Counted from the first letter of the stretch, positions 10,185 to 20,127 are shown. The stretch: 64,000 nucleotides of DNA from Bacteroidota bacterium (GCA_020048645.1 JAIFMG010000040.1:20068-84067); one strand, 5' to 3'. Notes: generated by a model not told the origin, from the sequence alone. Made by a program: numbers and translations.

Positions 10185-10374
10185 TGCGGCCCCGCGGTTT
10201 TTCATGCCGGCAGGTGGGCAAGCATTCTCCAGGACAGGTTTCGCGCCGGGCCGGGGCCTCTGGCAAGTGTATAAGTTTTGTCGATCCGAAGAATGTCATT
10301 CCAAATTCGGGAATGGCAGTTCGGAGAGTGGACATATTTCTCTAACTTAGCACGAACAATCGGCCAAAGCACCC

Positions 10375-12840
10375 ATGAGGATCACCATCATCCGCAAGTT
10401 CTCCATAGGTTTTCTCCTGCTTTTCATCAGCACCGTGGCCAACACCTTCTGGATTCGGGAGGCGGCCAAACAGAGCCAGTCGGCGAGCGTGAACACCAAG
10501 TCGGTCATTCAGCCCTCCATCGAGATGCTGCGCGAGCTCCAGTACGAGGTCATCAACTCCCACAAGCTGGTGCTCATCTGGGTTTACGTGGACAAGAAGT
10601 CCAACACCGTCAGCAAGAACGAGCTCCTGGCCGTCCACGACAGCGTCTTTCCGAGCTTCCAGGCCAGGATAGGCCAAGCCGCGGAGGGCTGGAGCGAAAG
10701 CGAGAAGGCCCTCGGGCGGAAAATAGTCCATGCCCTGGACAGCCTGGAGGACCTGCACAAGTACGTCATCAAGCCGTTCGACAGCTTCGAGGTCTATGAC
10801 CCCGACAACGCCATGCTGGTGGTGACCTCCTACTTCGAGATGGAGGAGGGCGGCGGAGTGCCCGAGCTGACCCGGCACATCCTGTCCATGATCGGCGACC
10901 TGCTGGGCCTGTTCGAGCAAGAGCGCAGCGCCTCCGACGAGATGCTCCTCCAGCAGGTGGTCTCCCTGCGCAAACGGATCAACATAGGAGGCTTCCTGCT
11001 TATCCTGTTCGTGCTGTTCATCGGCCTGCTGGTCAGCCGGTCGGTGGTCAAGCCCGTGAACAACATCCGCGGCTCGATCACGCAGCTCAGCCATGGCGTG
11101 CTGCCGATGAGCGACATCCCGGTCAACAACGACGAGATCGGCGACATCGCCCGGGCGGTGAACCGGCTGGTCAGCACCCAGCACAAGACCGTAACCTTCG
11201 CCATGCGCATCGGCAAGGGCGACTTCGAGGCGCCCTTCGAGCCCCTGAGCCACGAGGACCTCCTGGGCGTCACCCTGATCGAGATGCGCCAGAACCTGAG
11301 CAACGCCCGCCAGCTCGAGCGGGACCGCCAGCAGGAGAGCCGCGTGGCCAACTGGAGCTCGCAGGGCCTGGCCTACCTGGGCGACATGCTCAGCGAGTCC
11401 CGCGACGTCAAGCTCATCTCCGCCAGCGTGCTGCGCTTCATCGTCCGGTACCTCAAGGCCGTGCAGGGCGGCCTGTACCTGCTCGACGTCCAGGTCGAGG
11501 ACTCCGAGGAGTACGAGCTGGTGGCCTCCATCGCCTTCGACATGCAGAAGAACCAGATGCGCCGCGTCCATGCCGGCAGCGGCCTTCTGGGCGAGTGCAT
11601 CCTGGCCAGGCAGACCCTCACCTACGACACCCTGCCGCCCGACTACCTCAAGGTCGAGAGCGGGAGCGGCTACACCGAGCCTTCCTTCCTGGTGCTGTGC
11701 CCCATCATCGTCGAGAACGAGTGCTACGGGGTCATCGAGCTGTCCTTCCTGCGCAAGCTCGACGACTACGAGGTCGAGTTCGTGAGCAACTGCGCCTTCC
11801 GCATCGGCTACACCGTCAGCACCATCCGGTCCAACGAGCGCAACCTCGAGCTGCTCCAGCAGTCGCGCCGGCAGGCCGTGCAGCTCTCCATCCAGGAGGA
11901 GCAGCTCCGGCAGAACATCGAGGAGCTCCAGGCCATCCAGGAGGAGCTCCGCGACGCCAACGCCCAGCTTCGGCGCAACGAGGAGATGCTCGAGGAGACC
12001 GTCCGCATCCGCACCCAGGAGGTCGTCGAGCAGAAGAACCTCATCGAGTCCAAGAACAAGGACATCACCGACAGCATCACCTACGCCAAGCGCATCCAGG
12101 AATCCATGCTGCCCAACCTGGCGGCCCTGCGCGCCGTCCTCAAGAAGAGCTTCGTGCTCTACAAGCCCCGCGACATCGTCTCGGGCGACTTCTACTGGTT
12201 CTACCACTCGGGCGACAACCTGGTCGTGGTGGCGGCCGACTGCACCGGCCACGGCGTGCCCGGGGCCCTGATGAGCATGCTGGGCGACTCCTACCTGAAC
12301 CAGATCGTGAAGTTCGGCCACGAGTACTCCCCCTCGGCCATCCTGGCCAAGCTGCACAACAACATCCACACCGCCCTGCGCCAGAAGGAGACCTCCAACC
12401 AGGACGGCATGGACATGGCCATCTGCAGCATCGACATGGCCGCCGGGAAGATCCGCTTCGCCGGGGCCAAGAACCCGCTGGTGTACGTCAGGCAGGGGCA
12501 GGTCTTCCACCTCAAGGGCGACCGCAACGGCGTGGGAGGCTTCCAGAAGGGCGAGCTGCTCGCCTTCGAGGAGCACGAGGTCGTGGTGGACTCGCCCACC
12601 ATGTGCTACATCTTCTCGGACGGCTACCAGGACCAGTTCGGCGGCGCCGACGGGCGCAAGTTCATGATCAGCCGCCTGCGCGAGAAGTTCCTCGAGATAC
12701 ACGAGAAGACGGCCATACAGCAGAAGGACTCGCTCAACCGCGCCTTCGAGGCCTGGGTGGGCAGCGACTACCGCCAGATCGACGACGTTCTGGTGGTGGG
12801 CTTCGAGGTCCTGCCTGCCGCCTCCGCCGCGGCTCACTGA
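10375..12840 (+). CDS. Membrane sensor with HAMP, GAF, coiled-coil and PP2C/SpoIIE serine phosphatase domains
   Basis: 821 aa with an N-terminal TM helix. HAMP region (SRSVVKPVNNIRGSITQLSHG...DEIGDIARAVNRL), a GAF-like region, a coiled coil (IQEEQLRQNIEELQAIQEEL) and a C-terminal SpoIIE motif set (SGDFYWF, AADCTGHGVPGALMS, DGMD, SDGYQDQFGG). Confidence 0.85.
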   Translation: MRITIIRKFSIGFLLLFISTVANTFWIREAAKQSQSASVNTKSVIQPSIEMLRELQYEVINSHKLVLIWVYVDKKSNTVSKNELLAVHDSVFPSFQARIGQAAEGWSESEKALGRKIVHALDSLEDLHKYVIKPFDSFEVYDPDNAMLVVTSYFEMEEGGGVPELTRHILSMIGDLLGLFEQERSASDEMLLQQVVSLRKRINIGGFLLILFVLFIGLLVSRSVVKPVNNIRGSITQLSHGVLPMSDIPVNNDEIGDIARAVNRLVSTQHKTVTFAMRIGKGDFEAPFEPLSHEDLLGVTLIEMRQNLSNARQLERDRQQESRVANWSSQGLAYLGDMLSESRDVKLISASVLRFIVRYLKAVQGGLYLLDVQVEDSEEYELVASIAFDMQKNQMRRVHAGSGLLGECILARQTLTYDTLPPDYLKVESGSGYTEPSFLVLCPIIVENECYGVIELSFLRKLDDYEVEFVSNCAFRIGYTVSTIRSNERNLELLQQSRRQAVQLSIQEEQLRQNIEELQAIQEELRDANAQLRRNEEMLEETVRIRTQEVVEQKNLIESKNKDITDSITYAKRIQESMLPNLAALRAVLKKSFVLYKPRDIVSGDFYWFYHSGDNLVVVAADCTGHGVPGALMSMLGDSYLNQIVKFGHEYSPSAILAKLHNNIHTALRQKETSNQDGMDMAICSIDMAAGKIRFAGAKNPLVYVRQGQVFHLKGDRNGVGGFQKGELLAFEEHEVVVDSPTMCYIFSDGYQDQFGGADGRKFMISRLREKFLEIHEKTAIQQKDSLNRAFEAWVGSDYRQIDDVLVVGFEVLPAASAAAH

Positions 12841-13559
12841 GCCGGCAGGGCCAGCGGGTTGCGCTCGTTGTACCGCCGCAGGTAGTAGAACATCATCTGC
12901 TTCTGCTTGCGCTTGCCCAGGTGGCTGAACTCGTCGAACAGCTCCTGGTCGGGCATCAGGCAGAGCTTCACGGCGTCCACCGCGAAGTCATAGACCTCGC
13001 CCGAGCTGAAGTCAAGGATGTACTGCCGCATCTCCACGGTCGTCTGCGGCATGGTGTTGAAGTGGTTGACGCCGTAGTAGGTGGCGTAGGGGTCGTAGGG
13101 GTTGTTCTGGTAGATGACCTTGTTGGCCACGAAATGGCAGAGCGAGCCCATGTAGGACACGCGGTTGAAGCTGTCGTTCCAGCGGATGTGCAGCCTCCCG
13201 TTCTCGGCGTAGCCCCAGAGGTCCTCGGGCTTGGCCTGCTGCTGCATGCCGAGGTTGTCGTAGAAGGTGACCAGCTCGCGCCGGGTCAGCTCCTCGAAGT
13301 AGGCCGGGTCGTCGGGGGGCAGGTTGCTCAGCACCCGCAGCTTCGAGACGGGGCTGTTCTGCCGCACCTGCCCGAAGTCCAGGTAGAGGCCGTCGTGGAA
13401 GCGGTAGCTGGCCGAGTAGGGGACCAGCCGGGCCGTGTCGGCCTGGGCCAGCGCCAGGCCAGGGGCCAGGGCCAGCAGCAGGCAGGCGAGCCAGAGCCGC
13501 CGGGGGCAAGCCTGGCCGGCGCGGCGCTCGGGTTTTGTGCTTTGCGAAGTAATTTTCAT
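12834..13559 (-). CDS. Secreted hypothetical protein
   Basis: 241 aa with a signal-like segment LWLACLLLALAPGLALAQA. I recognise no domain. Its 3' end overlaps the convergent sensor gene by 7 nt. Confidence 0.55.
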   Translation of the reverse strand: MKITSQSTKPERRAGQACPRRLWLACLLLALAPGLALAQADTARLVPYSASYRFHDGLYLDFGQVRQNSPVSKLRVLSNLPPDDPAYFEELTRRELVTFYDNLGMQQQAKPEDLWGYAENGRLHIRWNDSFNRVSYMGSLCHFVANKVIYQNNPYDPYATYYGVNHFNTMPQTTVEMRQYILDFSSGEVYDFAVDAVKLCLMPDQELFDEFSHLGKRKQKQMMFYYLRRYNERNPLALPAQ

Positions 13560-13822
13560 TTTTGCGAAATTTTAGCCCTGGTGAGCAAGCGGATGTCCAA
13601 ATGTCGAAAATTTAACGGGCATCTTGCTTTTCCTCGATCCAAAAAAAAGATTTATCTTTATTAGCGCCAGCATGGCAAGAAGGCAGCGGGCGCGTCGTCC
13701 CCGCAAAACGCAAACCAGCGGCCTGCATTGCCAGCCGGATGGCCGGACCCGCCGCCGGGCTTTCTTCGCTGACCGTTCGTCCTCATGCCAGCCCGCCTGA
13801 TCCCATCAACCGAAAGTAAGTC

Positions 13823-15535
13823 ATGCAAACCAACGCCAAGTGGATAGAGAACCTTTTCGGTAGCCAGCCGCACCTCTACGACAGCGAAATCGTCAACAGG
13901 GTCATCCTGATCAACATCTACTCGATCATCGGTTTGGCTTTCAGCTCCCTTTTCGCCTTCGGGGCCTTCCTGTTCGAGAACACGCCCATGCTGCTGACCT
14001 TCGCGGTCTCGGCCCTCTTCTTCGCCATCTGCCTGGTCTTCCTGCGCAAGTCCAAGAACTACAAGTTCAGCGGCTACCTGCTCACCCTGGGCGTCTCGGC
14101 GCTGCTGCTCGTGCTGCTGGCCTTCTCGAAGGGCCAGGTGCAGTGGCTGTTCTGGTTCTTCGTCCATCCGCTGTTCGCCTTGTTCGTCCTGGGCCCCCGG
14201 CAGGGCGGCATCGTCTCGGGCGCGGTCTTCGCCCTTTCGGCCTCCATCATCCTGGCGGGCCCCAGCCTGGGGCTCGAGGGCGAGTTCGCCTTCAGCTTCC
14301 AGTTCGGCTTCCTGCTCTCGTGGGCGGCCGTGTTCATGGTCAGCCTGTTCTACGAGAAGAACCGCCGGGACCTGTCGGCCGTCATCGAGAAGAAGATGCT
14401 CGACTCGCAGAAGGTCGAGAAGGAGAAGGACCAGTTCATCACCCGCCTGTCGCACCAGATCCGCACGCCCCTGAACAACCTCCAGGGCATCACCGACCTG
14501 CTCAGCAAGACCGAGATGGACGACCTCCAGCGCGACTACCTCGACACCATCGTGGCATCGGCCAACACCATCTCCACCGTGGTCAACTCCATCAACACAC
14601 TCACCGGAGTCTCCATCGACCGCAGCAAGGAGAAGAACCTCAGCTTCAGCCTCACGGCCACCATCGAGAGCGTGTTCACCCTGTTCAGCAACCGCTACTC
14701 CGGCAACGTCAAGTTCAACTTCCGCCCCCTGGCCGACATTCCCAGCCGGCTCATCGGCAGCCCGATCATCGTCAAGGAAGTGCTCCTGGCCCTCATCGAG
14801 AACTTCATCAACCATTCGCCGGGCCCGCCCATGGCCATCGACCTCCAGCTCGGCATCGAGCCGACGGCCGCCGAGTCCAACATCGCCCTGGCCAAGCTCG
14901 TCATCTCCGCCAGCCACACCGCCGCGCGGGCGGGCAAGCTCGAGCTCGAGAAGTCGCTCGACCTGACCATGACCGAGCGGACGCTCAGCCAGAACGGGGG
15001 GACTTTCCAGGCCGAGGTCCAAGGCGAAAACCTCGTGTTTTCTATCACCATGGAGTTCAAGAAGAACCGCACCGCCGTACACCAGAAAAAGCAGGCCGAG
15101 GCCGGCGGCCTGGCGCCGCTGGCCAACCCGTCGGGGCCCGTCAAGAAGGGCCTCGACCTCCAGCAGGCCAACGTTCTGCTGGTGGAGGACAACGAGATCA
15201 ACCAGCGCATCATGATCCTGAGCCTCAACAAGCTCGTCAAGAACATCGACGTGGCCAGCAACGGCAAGGACGCCATCGACAAGTTCGTCTCGGCCAAGTA
15301 CGACATCATCCTCATGGACGTGCAGATGCCCGTCATGGACGGCATCAAGGCCACCCAGAAGATCCGCGAGATCGAGACCGGCACCTCCAGCCACATCCCC
15401 ATCATCGCCGTAACGGCCAACGCCCTCATGGGCGACCGCGAGACCTGCCTGGCCGCCGGCATGGACGACTACATCAGCAAGCCCTTCAAGCTCGACGTGG
15501 TGCTCGAGAAGATCAAGTACTTCCTGGAACGCTGA
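13823..15535 (+). CDS. Hybrid sensor histidine kinase / response regulator with a degenerate ATP-binding domain
   Basis: Multi-TM N-terminus, H-box LSHQIRTPLNN, and a C-terminal receiver (VLLVEDNEINQ...DIILMDVQMPVMDG...SKPF). The G1/G2 glycine boxes of the HATPase domain are not recognisable. Confidence 0.8.
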   Translation: MQTNAKWIENLFGSQPHLYDSEIVNRVILINIYSIIGLAFSSLFAFGAFLFENTPMLLTFAVSALFFAICLVFLRKSKNYKFSGYLLTLGVSALLLVLLAFSKGQVQWLFWFFVHPLFALFVLGPRQGGIVSGAVFALSASIILAGPSLGLEGEFAFSFQFGFLLSWAAVFMVSLFYEKNRRDLSAVIEKKMLDSQKVEKEKDQFITRLSHQIRTPLNNLQGITDLLSKTEMDDLQRDYLDTIVASANTISTVVNSINTLTGVSIDRSKEKNLSFSLTATIESVFTLFSNRYSGNVKFNFRPLADIPSRLIGSPIIVKEVLLALIENFINHSPGPPMAIDLQLGIEPTAAESNIALAKLVISASHTAARAGKLELEKSLDLTMTERTLSQNGGTFQAEVQGENLVFSITMEFKKNRTAVHQKKQAEAGGLAPLANPSGPVKKGLDLQQANVLLVEDNEINQRIMILSLNKLVKNIDVASNGKDAIDKFVSAKYDIILMDVQMPVMDGIKATQKIREIETGTSSHIPIIAVTANALMGDRETCLAAGMDDYISKPFKLDVVLEKIKYFLER

Positions 15536-15542
15536 GCCCCGC

Positions 15543-16691
15543 TCAGGGTTCGCCCCCGATTGCCTCCAGCTCGAAGCTGTGCCCTAGCGTGGCCATGATC
15601 TCCCAGCGCGTCCGCGGGTGGTCCGGGTCGAAGACCGCCAGCCCCTCCGGGGTCTGGAGCCGGCGGCCCTCCAGGCGGAGGTAGGTCCGCTCATGCGGCA
15701 GGTACTCCGCGCCCAAGGTCCAGCCCGTGGCCTCGAGCCCCCTCGGGCTGCCGTCGTCCGTGGGCACGATGCCCGAGACGATGCCCTCGGGGTCCTGGAA
15801 GGTCTCCCAGCGCAAGGTCATTGAGAAACTGGGGTGGAACTGGCCCGTCAGGATGAACAGCGCGTTGCGCAGGGTGGCCGTCCGGCCCGTCCCGTCGAGC
15901 TTGCCGCGGGCCTGGCTGCCGAAGTCGCCGCCGAGGGTCGCCCGCACCCAGCGGGGCGCCTGCCACACCAGGTAGAGGTTGTGGTAGGCGCGCAGGCCCT
16001 GGCCCGCGGGCAGCGCCGCGGAGGCCTCGACGCCCAGCAGGTTCGAGTAGGCCAGGCTGAGCCCGCCGGGCAGCGCGTAGCCCAGCAGCAGCCCGACCGA
16101 CTTCTGCCGGTTGGCGTCCATGAAGTGGTTGTAGCCGTTGACGACCCAGAGCTGGGCCGTCAGGGCCTCGTTTCCTTCGTAGCGGAGGCAAACCCCGGCC
16201 TGGTCGGAGGGCTCGTGGAAGGTGGCCAGCGTCGTGGAGCTGAGCTTGTCCGTCATCGGCAGGAAGCTCTCCGTGCCGATGTGCGTGGGGAAGAATCCCG
16301 CGTCGAGCCAGAGGCCCTTGGCCATGCGGAATCCCACGTTGGCCGCCTGCAACGCGGGGAATGTCTGCGACCAGGTCGCCCGCACGATGTCGCCCTGGTG
16401 GATGACCAGGGTGGCCCTGGCCTTTTCCTCGACGAAGCGCAGGCCCACCTGCGCGATGTTTAGGCCAAAGGCGCGGCTGCGCGGCGACACGTTGCTGAAG
16501 GGCTGGAGCTCCGAGCTGGGCAGGTGGTGGTCGTACTGCGCGCAGTAGGCGTCCACGTAGCCCGAGATGCCCAGGCTGGCCCCCTGCGGCCGGGCAGGCC
16601 CGGCCAGGGCAAGAAGCGCCACGGCCAGCAGGGCAGCCCGGCTCGCCCTGTTGCGCCCAGGGCCTGGCGAGGGTCGCTGGTCCGTGCTCAT
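15543..16691 (-). CDS. Outer-membrane beta-barrel (porin-like) protein
   Basis: This is the real gene inside the composite ORF 15543..18257. The ATG at 16691 gives MSTDQRPS...AALLAVALLALAGPARPQGA, a signal peptide. Alternating-hydrophobic strands follow. The start overlaps the upstream gene's stop as ATGA. Confidence 0.65.
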   Translation of the reverse strand: MSTDQRPSPGPGRNRASRAALLAVALLALAGPARPQGASLGISGYVDAYCAQYDHHLPSSELQPFSNVSPRSRAFGLNIAQVGLRFVEEKARATLVIHQGDIVRATWSQTFPALQAANVGFRMAKGLWLDAGFFPTHIGTESFLPMTDKLSSTTLATFHEPSDQAGVCLRYEGNEALTAQLWVVNGYNHFMDANRQKSVGLLLGYALPGGLSLAYSNLLGVEASAALPAGQGLRAYHNLYLVWQAPRWVRATLGGDFGSQARGKLDGTGRTATLRNALFILTGQFHPSFSMTLRWETFQDPEGIVSGIVPTDDGSPRGLEATGWTLGAEYLPHERTYLRLEGRRLQTPEGLAVFDPDHPRTRWEIMATLGHSFELEAIGGEP

Positions 16692-19600
16692 CGTTTCTGG
16701 TGCCAGAGGGCCACGTCGCTGACCAGCTCCTCGATGCGCGACGAGAGCAGCTTGTGGTCCACGGGCTTGGGCGCCTCCACGTCCATGTAGCGCTTGAGCT
16801 CCGAGAGCATGATGGTGCCGTTGGAGTCGAGGTCGGCCCGGCCGCTCTTCAGGGCCTCGAGCACCAGGTGGGCGAACAGGCCGTTGCGCTGCTGCTCGCC
16901 CATGACGATTTCGCGCTTGGAGCTGGCGCTGGAGATGGACATGGTGCCGCTCTGGTGGAAAAGCTGCTCGAGCAGCTCGTTCAGCACCAGGAAGGCGCTC
17001 TTGAGCTCCGCCTGGCCGGTGTGGTGGTGTACGTCGAAGAACAGGGTCTTGCCCCGTGCCGGGATGCCGTCGAAGAGCACCATCAGGCTGTCGAAGGGGA
17101 TCCCCGCCTGGCCGGGCGCCGCGAAGTTGACCGACGAAGTGGCCAGGAAGTAGTTCATGTCCGCGTCCAGGATGGCCGAGCCGGCGAAGAAGACCATGAC
17201 GTGGTCGTCCGTCTCGGTGAAGCCGAGCTTGGCCTTCAGGCGGTTGAGGTTGTCCATGGTGAAGTCCTGGTCGAAGAGCCGATGCACGACGATGCTGTCG
17301 TAGTGGAGGGGCTGCTGTCCGAAGTAGGCCAGCAGGTCGTTGACGTCCTTGGTGGCGTAGGCCAGGTTCATGGCCGCGTCGGCGAAGCGGGAGACGCCCA
17401 GGCCGACCAGGTGCATGACCTTGGGCTCGGGGTCCTCGCTGTTGTAGATTTCGACGCTCTGGCTGAGCGATTCCACCCCGTTGATGTTGATGGCCTTGAT
17501 CTCGATGACGTTGACCCCCTCGACCAGCTCCAGGTGGAGGTCCTGCTTGTGCCAGTCGGTGTCGAAGCGGCGCAGGTCCAGGCCCTGCTGGCCGAAGACG
17601 GGCACCTTGTTGACGCAGACCTCGAGCCGGTCGAGGCGGAAGCGGCTGTCCTGGGCCATGATGTTGAGCACGACCTTTCCGGCCCGGCTGCGGCTCCGGA
17701 TGCTCTCGCGGTTGAGGATCTCGACCGTGGGCAGGTGGAAGATGTCGTCGTCGGAAAGCTGTCCTGGGCTGGTGTTGGCGTTCCGGATGGCGTTGATGCG
17801 CTCGAAGGTCCTGGCTGCCATTTCGGACTGGTCTCCCAGCCGTGCCAGGACCAGGTCGGGGCGGTTGAAGTAGGAGTGGAACTGCTCCAGGGGAAAGGTC
17901 TTGCCGTGGAAGTAGATGCCCACGCCCTGGCCGCCGTTCTCGGAGCTGCGGTAGTACATGGGCTCGACCAGGCAGACGTAGTCCTGCTCGCCCACGCAGA
18001 CCATCTGGGCCAGGGGCTTGAGGGACTCGACGTCCCAGACGCGGACCCCGCCCTCGAGGCTGGCGCTGGCCAGCCGGCGGCCCTGGTCGTAGAAGATGAC
18101 CTTCCGGATGCCCCTCCCGTCCTCGAAGGTGCCGATTTGGCGCATGAGCGTGGGCGCCCAAAGCTCGATGCTGCTGCCGTGGGCCACGGCGAGGTAGTAG
18201 TTGTTCTCGTCGAAGCAGAGGTCGGCGATGGGGTTGGCGAACTGCGAGAGGGTCCACATGGCGCGGCTCTGGGTGTCCATGACCTTGACCACGCCATCCT
18301 GGCTGCCGAAGGCCACGTACTTGCCGTCGGAGCTGTAGGCCATGCTGGTGACCGGGGCATTCCGGAAGCGCACGGCCCGGCCTTGGTCAACTGCCCCGGC
18401 CAGCCCGGCCTCGAGCATCTGGGCGTTCAGGGTGGCCAGGGTGTTGCCCGTGGCCTCGCGGCTGCCGGAGGCCTCCAGCACCGCCAGCGCGTAGCCCTGC
18501 TGCATCTGGCATTCCACGACCTCGTTGCGCCCGTTGTGGAAGACGAAGCTGCGCTGGCTGGGGTGCGCGGCGACGCCCCTGCCCCTCGGGTCGAAATCCT
18601 CGAACCGCGAGACCATCTGGCCCCGGTAGGGGTTCCACACCTCCAGGTAGGCCGAGTCGGTGTAGCGCTGCATGAAGTCGGGGATGACCCCGCCGTTGTA
18701 GAGGCTCAGCAGCTCCTGGTTGTCAACCGCCGGGCGGCGCACCGTCCGCGAAAGCAGGATGGACGAGAAGTCGCGGGTGAACTCGATGCCGTTGACCTGC
18801 CCGCCGGGCACCTGGAACACGTTGACCTCGCGAAAGCGCTGCGAGGCCTCGTCGTACATCCAGTACTGCAGCACGTTCTCGACCGCGGTCAGGAGCTGGC
18901 CCGTGCTGGGGTCGTAGCTCATGGCCGTCACCGCGCCCTGCATCTTGGTGTCGATGACGCCCTTGATGCGCCCCTCGTTCAGGTCCCAGACCTTGATCAG
19001 CCCGTCGTCGCTGGCCACCAGCAGCTCGTCGCGCTCCTCCACCAGCGCGATGTCGTTGATTTCGGTGCTGATGCCGAAGCTCTTGTAGGCCAGGCCGTTG
19101 GCATATCCCCGCTGGACGATCTGCTTCTGGCCGGTGCAGGCCAGGAAGTCCTGCCCGAGCGGGTGCGGGCTGATGCAGCGCACGCCGCTGTTCTCGACGA
19201 CCTCCCATTCCATCTGGTTCTTGTTCAGGTTCCAGAGCACGGTCTTGCCGAGGCTCCTGTTGGCGATCCCCAGCGAGTCGGAAAGGCTCTTGAAGTACCC
19301 GACCACGACCTTGTCCTCGGAGGGATGGAAGGCCACGCTCTGCGCGGCGAAGCCGGGATAGCTCAGGGTGACGGCCTCCTCGCGGTTGCTCAGGTTCCAG
19401 ATCTTGACGGTGTGGTCGTTGCTGGCCGAGGCCAGCAGGGTGCCCATGGGCGAGAGGGCCAGGTCGTTGATGCTGTTGGGGTGCATGGCCAGCTTGTACT
19501 CGACGCGCTTGCGCCTCCAGTCCCAGGCCTTGATGTAGATGTCCTCCCCGGCGGCGAAGAGCAGTTGGTCGTCGAGGCTGAACTGCAGGGCCAGGTAGGT

Positions 19601-20089
19601 GTTGGTGTACTCGATCTTCTCGACCAGCTCCTTCTCCTTCTTGCGCTCCTGCATGTCCCAGACCACGATCTGCGGGTCGTCGCCGGCGCTGGCCAGCCAT
19701 TTCCCGTCGTGCGAGAAGGCCAGGGCGTGGATGGGCCTGTCGTGGCCTTCCAGCTTGCCGACCACTTCGCCCGTCTTGATGTCCCAGACCAGGATGGCGT
19801 TGCCGGAGCTGGAGACCAGTTGGTTCATCCCGGGGTGGAAGGCCAGCGCCTCGGCCGGATGGCCTTGGTTGTCGAAGGTCTGGACGAGCTTCCCGGTTTC
19901 GTTCTGCCAGACCTTTATCTGGTTGTCGTCGCCCGAGCTGGCCACCCATTCGCCGGTCTTGCTGTAGCAGACCTGGAGCACGGTGGCCTCGTGGGTGTTT
20001 TGGAGCCTGAGGGTCGGGGTGTCCTGCGCCAGGCTGGCCAGGTGGACAAGCAGGAGGCCGGCCAAAAGGAGGAGTCCTTTTTGTTGCAT
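16688..20089 (-). CDS. Secreted multi-WD40-repeat protein with a C-terminal caspase-fold (peptidase C14-like) domain lacking the catalytic dyad
   Basis: The ATG at 20089 gives MQQKGLLLLAGLLLVHLASLAQ, a signal peptide. There are many WD40 units (e.g. GHDRPIHALAFSHDGKWLASAGDDPQIVVWD; HPNSINDLALSPMGTLLASASNDHTVKIWN). The C-terminal 270 aa align to the caspase pattern (...GLFAHLVLEALKSGRADLDSNGTIMLSELKRYM). Confidence 0.85.
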   Translation of the reverse strand: MQQKGLLLLAGLLLVHLASLAQDTPTLRLQNTHEATVLQVCYSKTGEWVASSGDDNQIKVWQNETGKLVQTFDNQGHPAEALAFHPGMNQLVSSSGNAILVWDIKTGEVVGKLEGHDRPIHALAFSHDGKWLASAGDDPQIVVWDMQERKKEKELVEKIEYTNTYLALQFSLDDQLLFAAGEDIYIKAWDWRRKRVEYKLAMHPNSINDLALSPMGTLLASASNDHTVKIWNLSNREEAVTLSYPGFAAQSVAFHPSEDKVVVGYFKSLSDSLGIANRSLGKTVLWNLNKNQMEWEVVENSGVRCISPHPLGQDFLACTGQKQIVQRGYANGLAYKSFGISTEINDIALVEERDELLVASDDGLIKVWDLNEGRIKGVIDTKMQGAVTAMSYDPSTGQLLTAVENVLQYWMYDEASQRFREVNVFQVPGGQVNGIEFTRDFSSILLSRTVRRPAVDNQELLSLYNGGVIPDFMQRYTDSAYLEVWNPYRGQMVSRFEDFDPRGRGVAAHPSQRSFVFHNGRNEVVECQMQQGYALAVLEASGSREATGNTLATLNAQMLEAGLAGAVDQGRAVRFRNAPVTSMAYSSDGKYVAFGSQDGVVKVMDTQSRAMWTLSQFANPIADLCFDENNYYLAVAHGSSIELWAPTLMRQIGTFEDGRGIRKVIFYDQGRRLASASLEGGVRVWDVESLKPLAQMVCVGEQDYVCLVEPMYYRSSENGGQGVGIYFHGKTFPLEQFHSYFNRPDLVLARLGDQSEMAARTFERINAIRNANTSPGQLSDDDIFHLPTVEILNRESIRSRSRAGKVVLNIMAQDSRFRLDRLEVCVNKVPVFGQQGLDLRRFDTDWHKQDLHLELVEGVNVIEIKAININGVESLSQSVEIYNSEDPEPKVMHLVGLGVSRFADAAMNLAYATKDVNDLLAYFGQQPLHYDSIVVHRLFDQDFTMDNLNRLKAKLGFTETDDHVMVFFAGSAILDADMNYFLATSSVNFAAPGQAGIPFDSLMVLFDGIPARGKTLFFDVHHHTGQAELKSAFLVLNELLEQLFHQSGTMSISSASSKREIVMGEQQRNGLFAHLVLEALKSGRADLDSNGTIMLSELKRYMDVEAPKPVDHKLLSSRIEELVSDVALWHQKR

Positions 20090-20119
20090 CGCGGAAGGGT
20101 TAGGTGGAGGTCTCTGTCG

Positions 20120-20127
20120 CAAAAATA
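20120..20127 (-). promoter_or_regulatory. Candidate Bacteroidota sigma-A -7 box (TATTTTTG)
   Basis: The reverse complement of caaaaata matches TAnnTTTG exactly and lies 30 nt upstream of the ATG at 20089. This also argues against the longer 20122 start. Confidence 0.3.

Noticed and set aside
15543-18257. A 904-aa ORF that appears to be one large gene.
   Set aside because: It is a composite. Only the last 382 codons (from the ATG at 16691) look like a real porin-like protein. The upstream part is an out-of-frame Pro/Arg/Gly-rich read-through across the WD40 gene.
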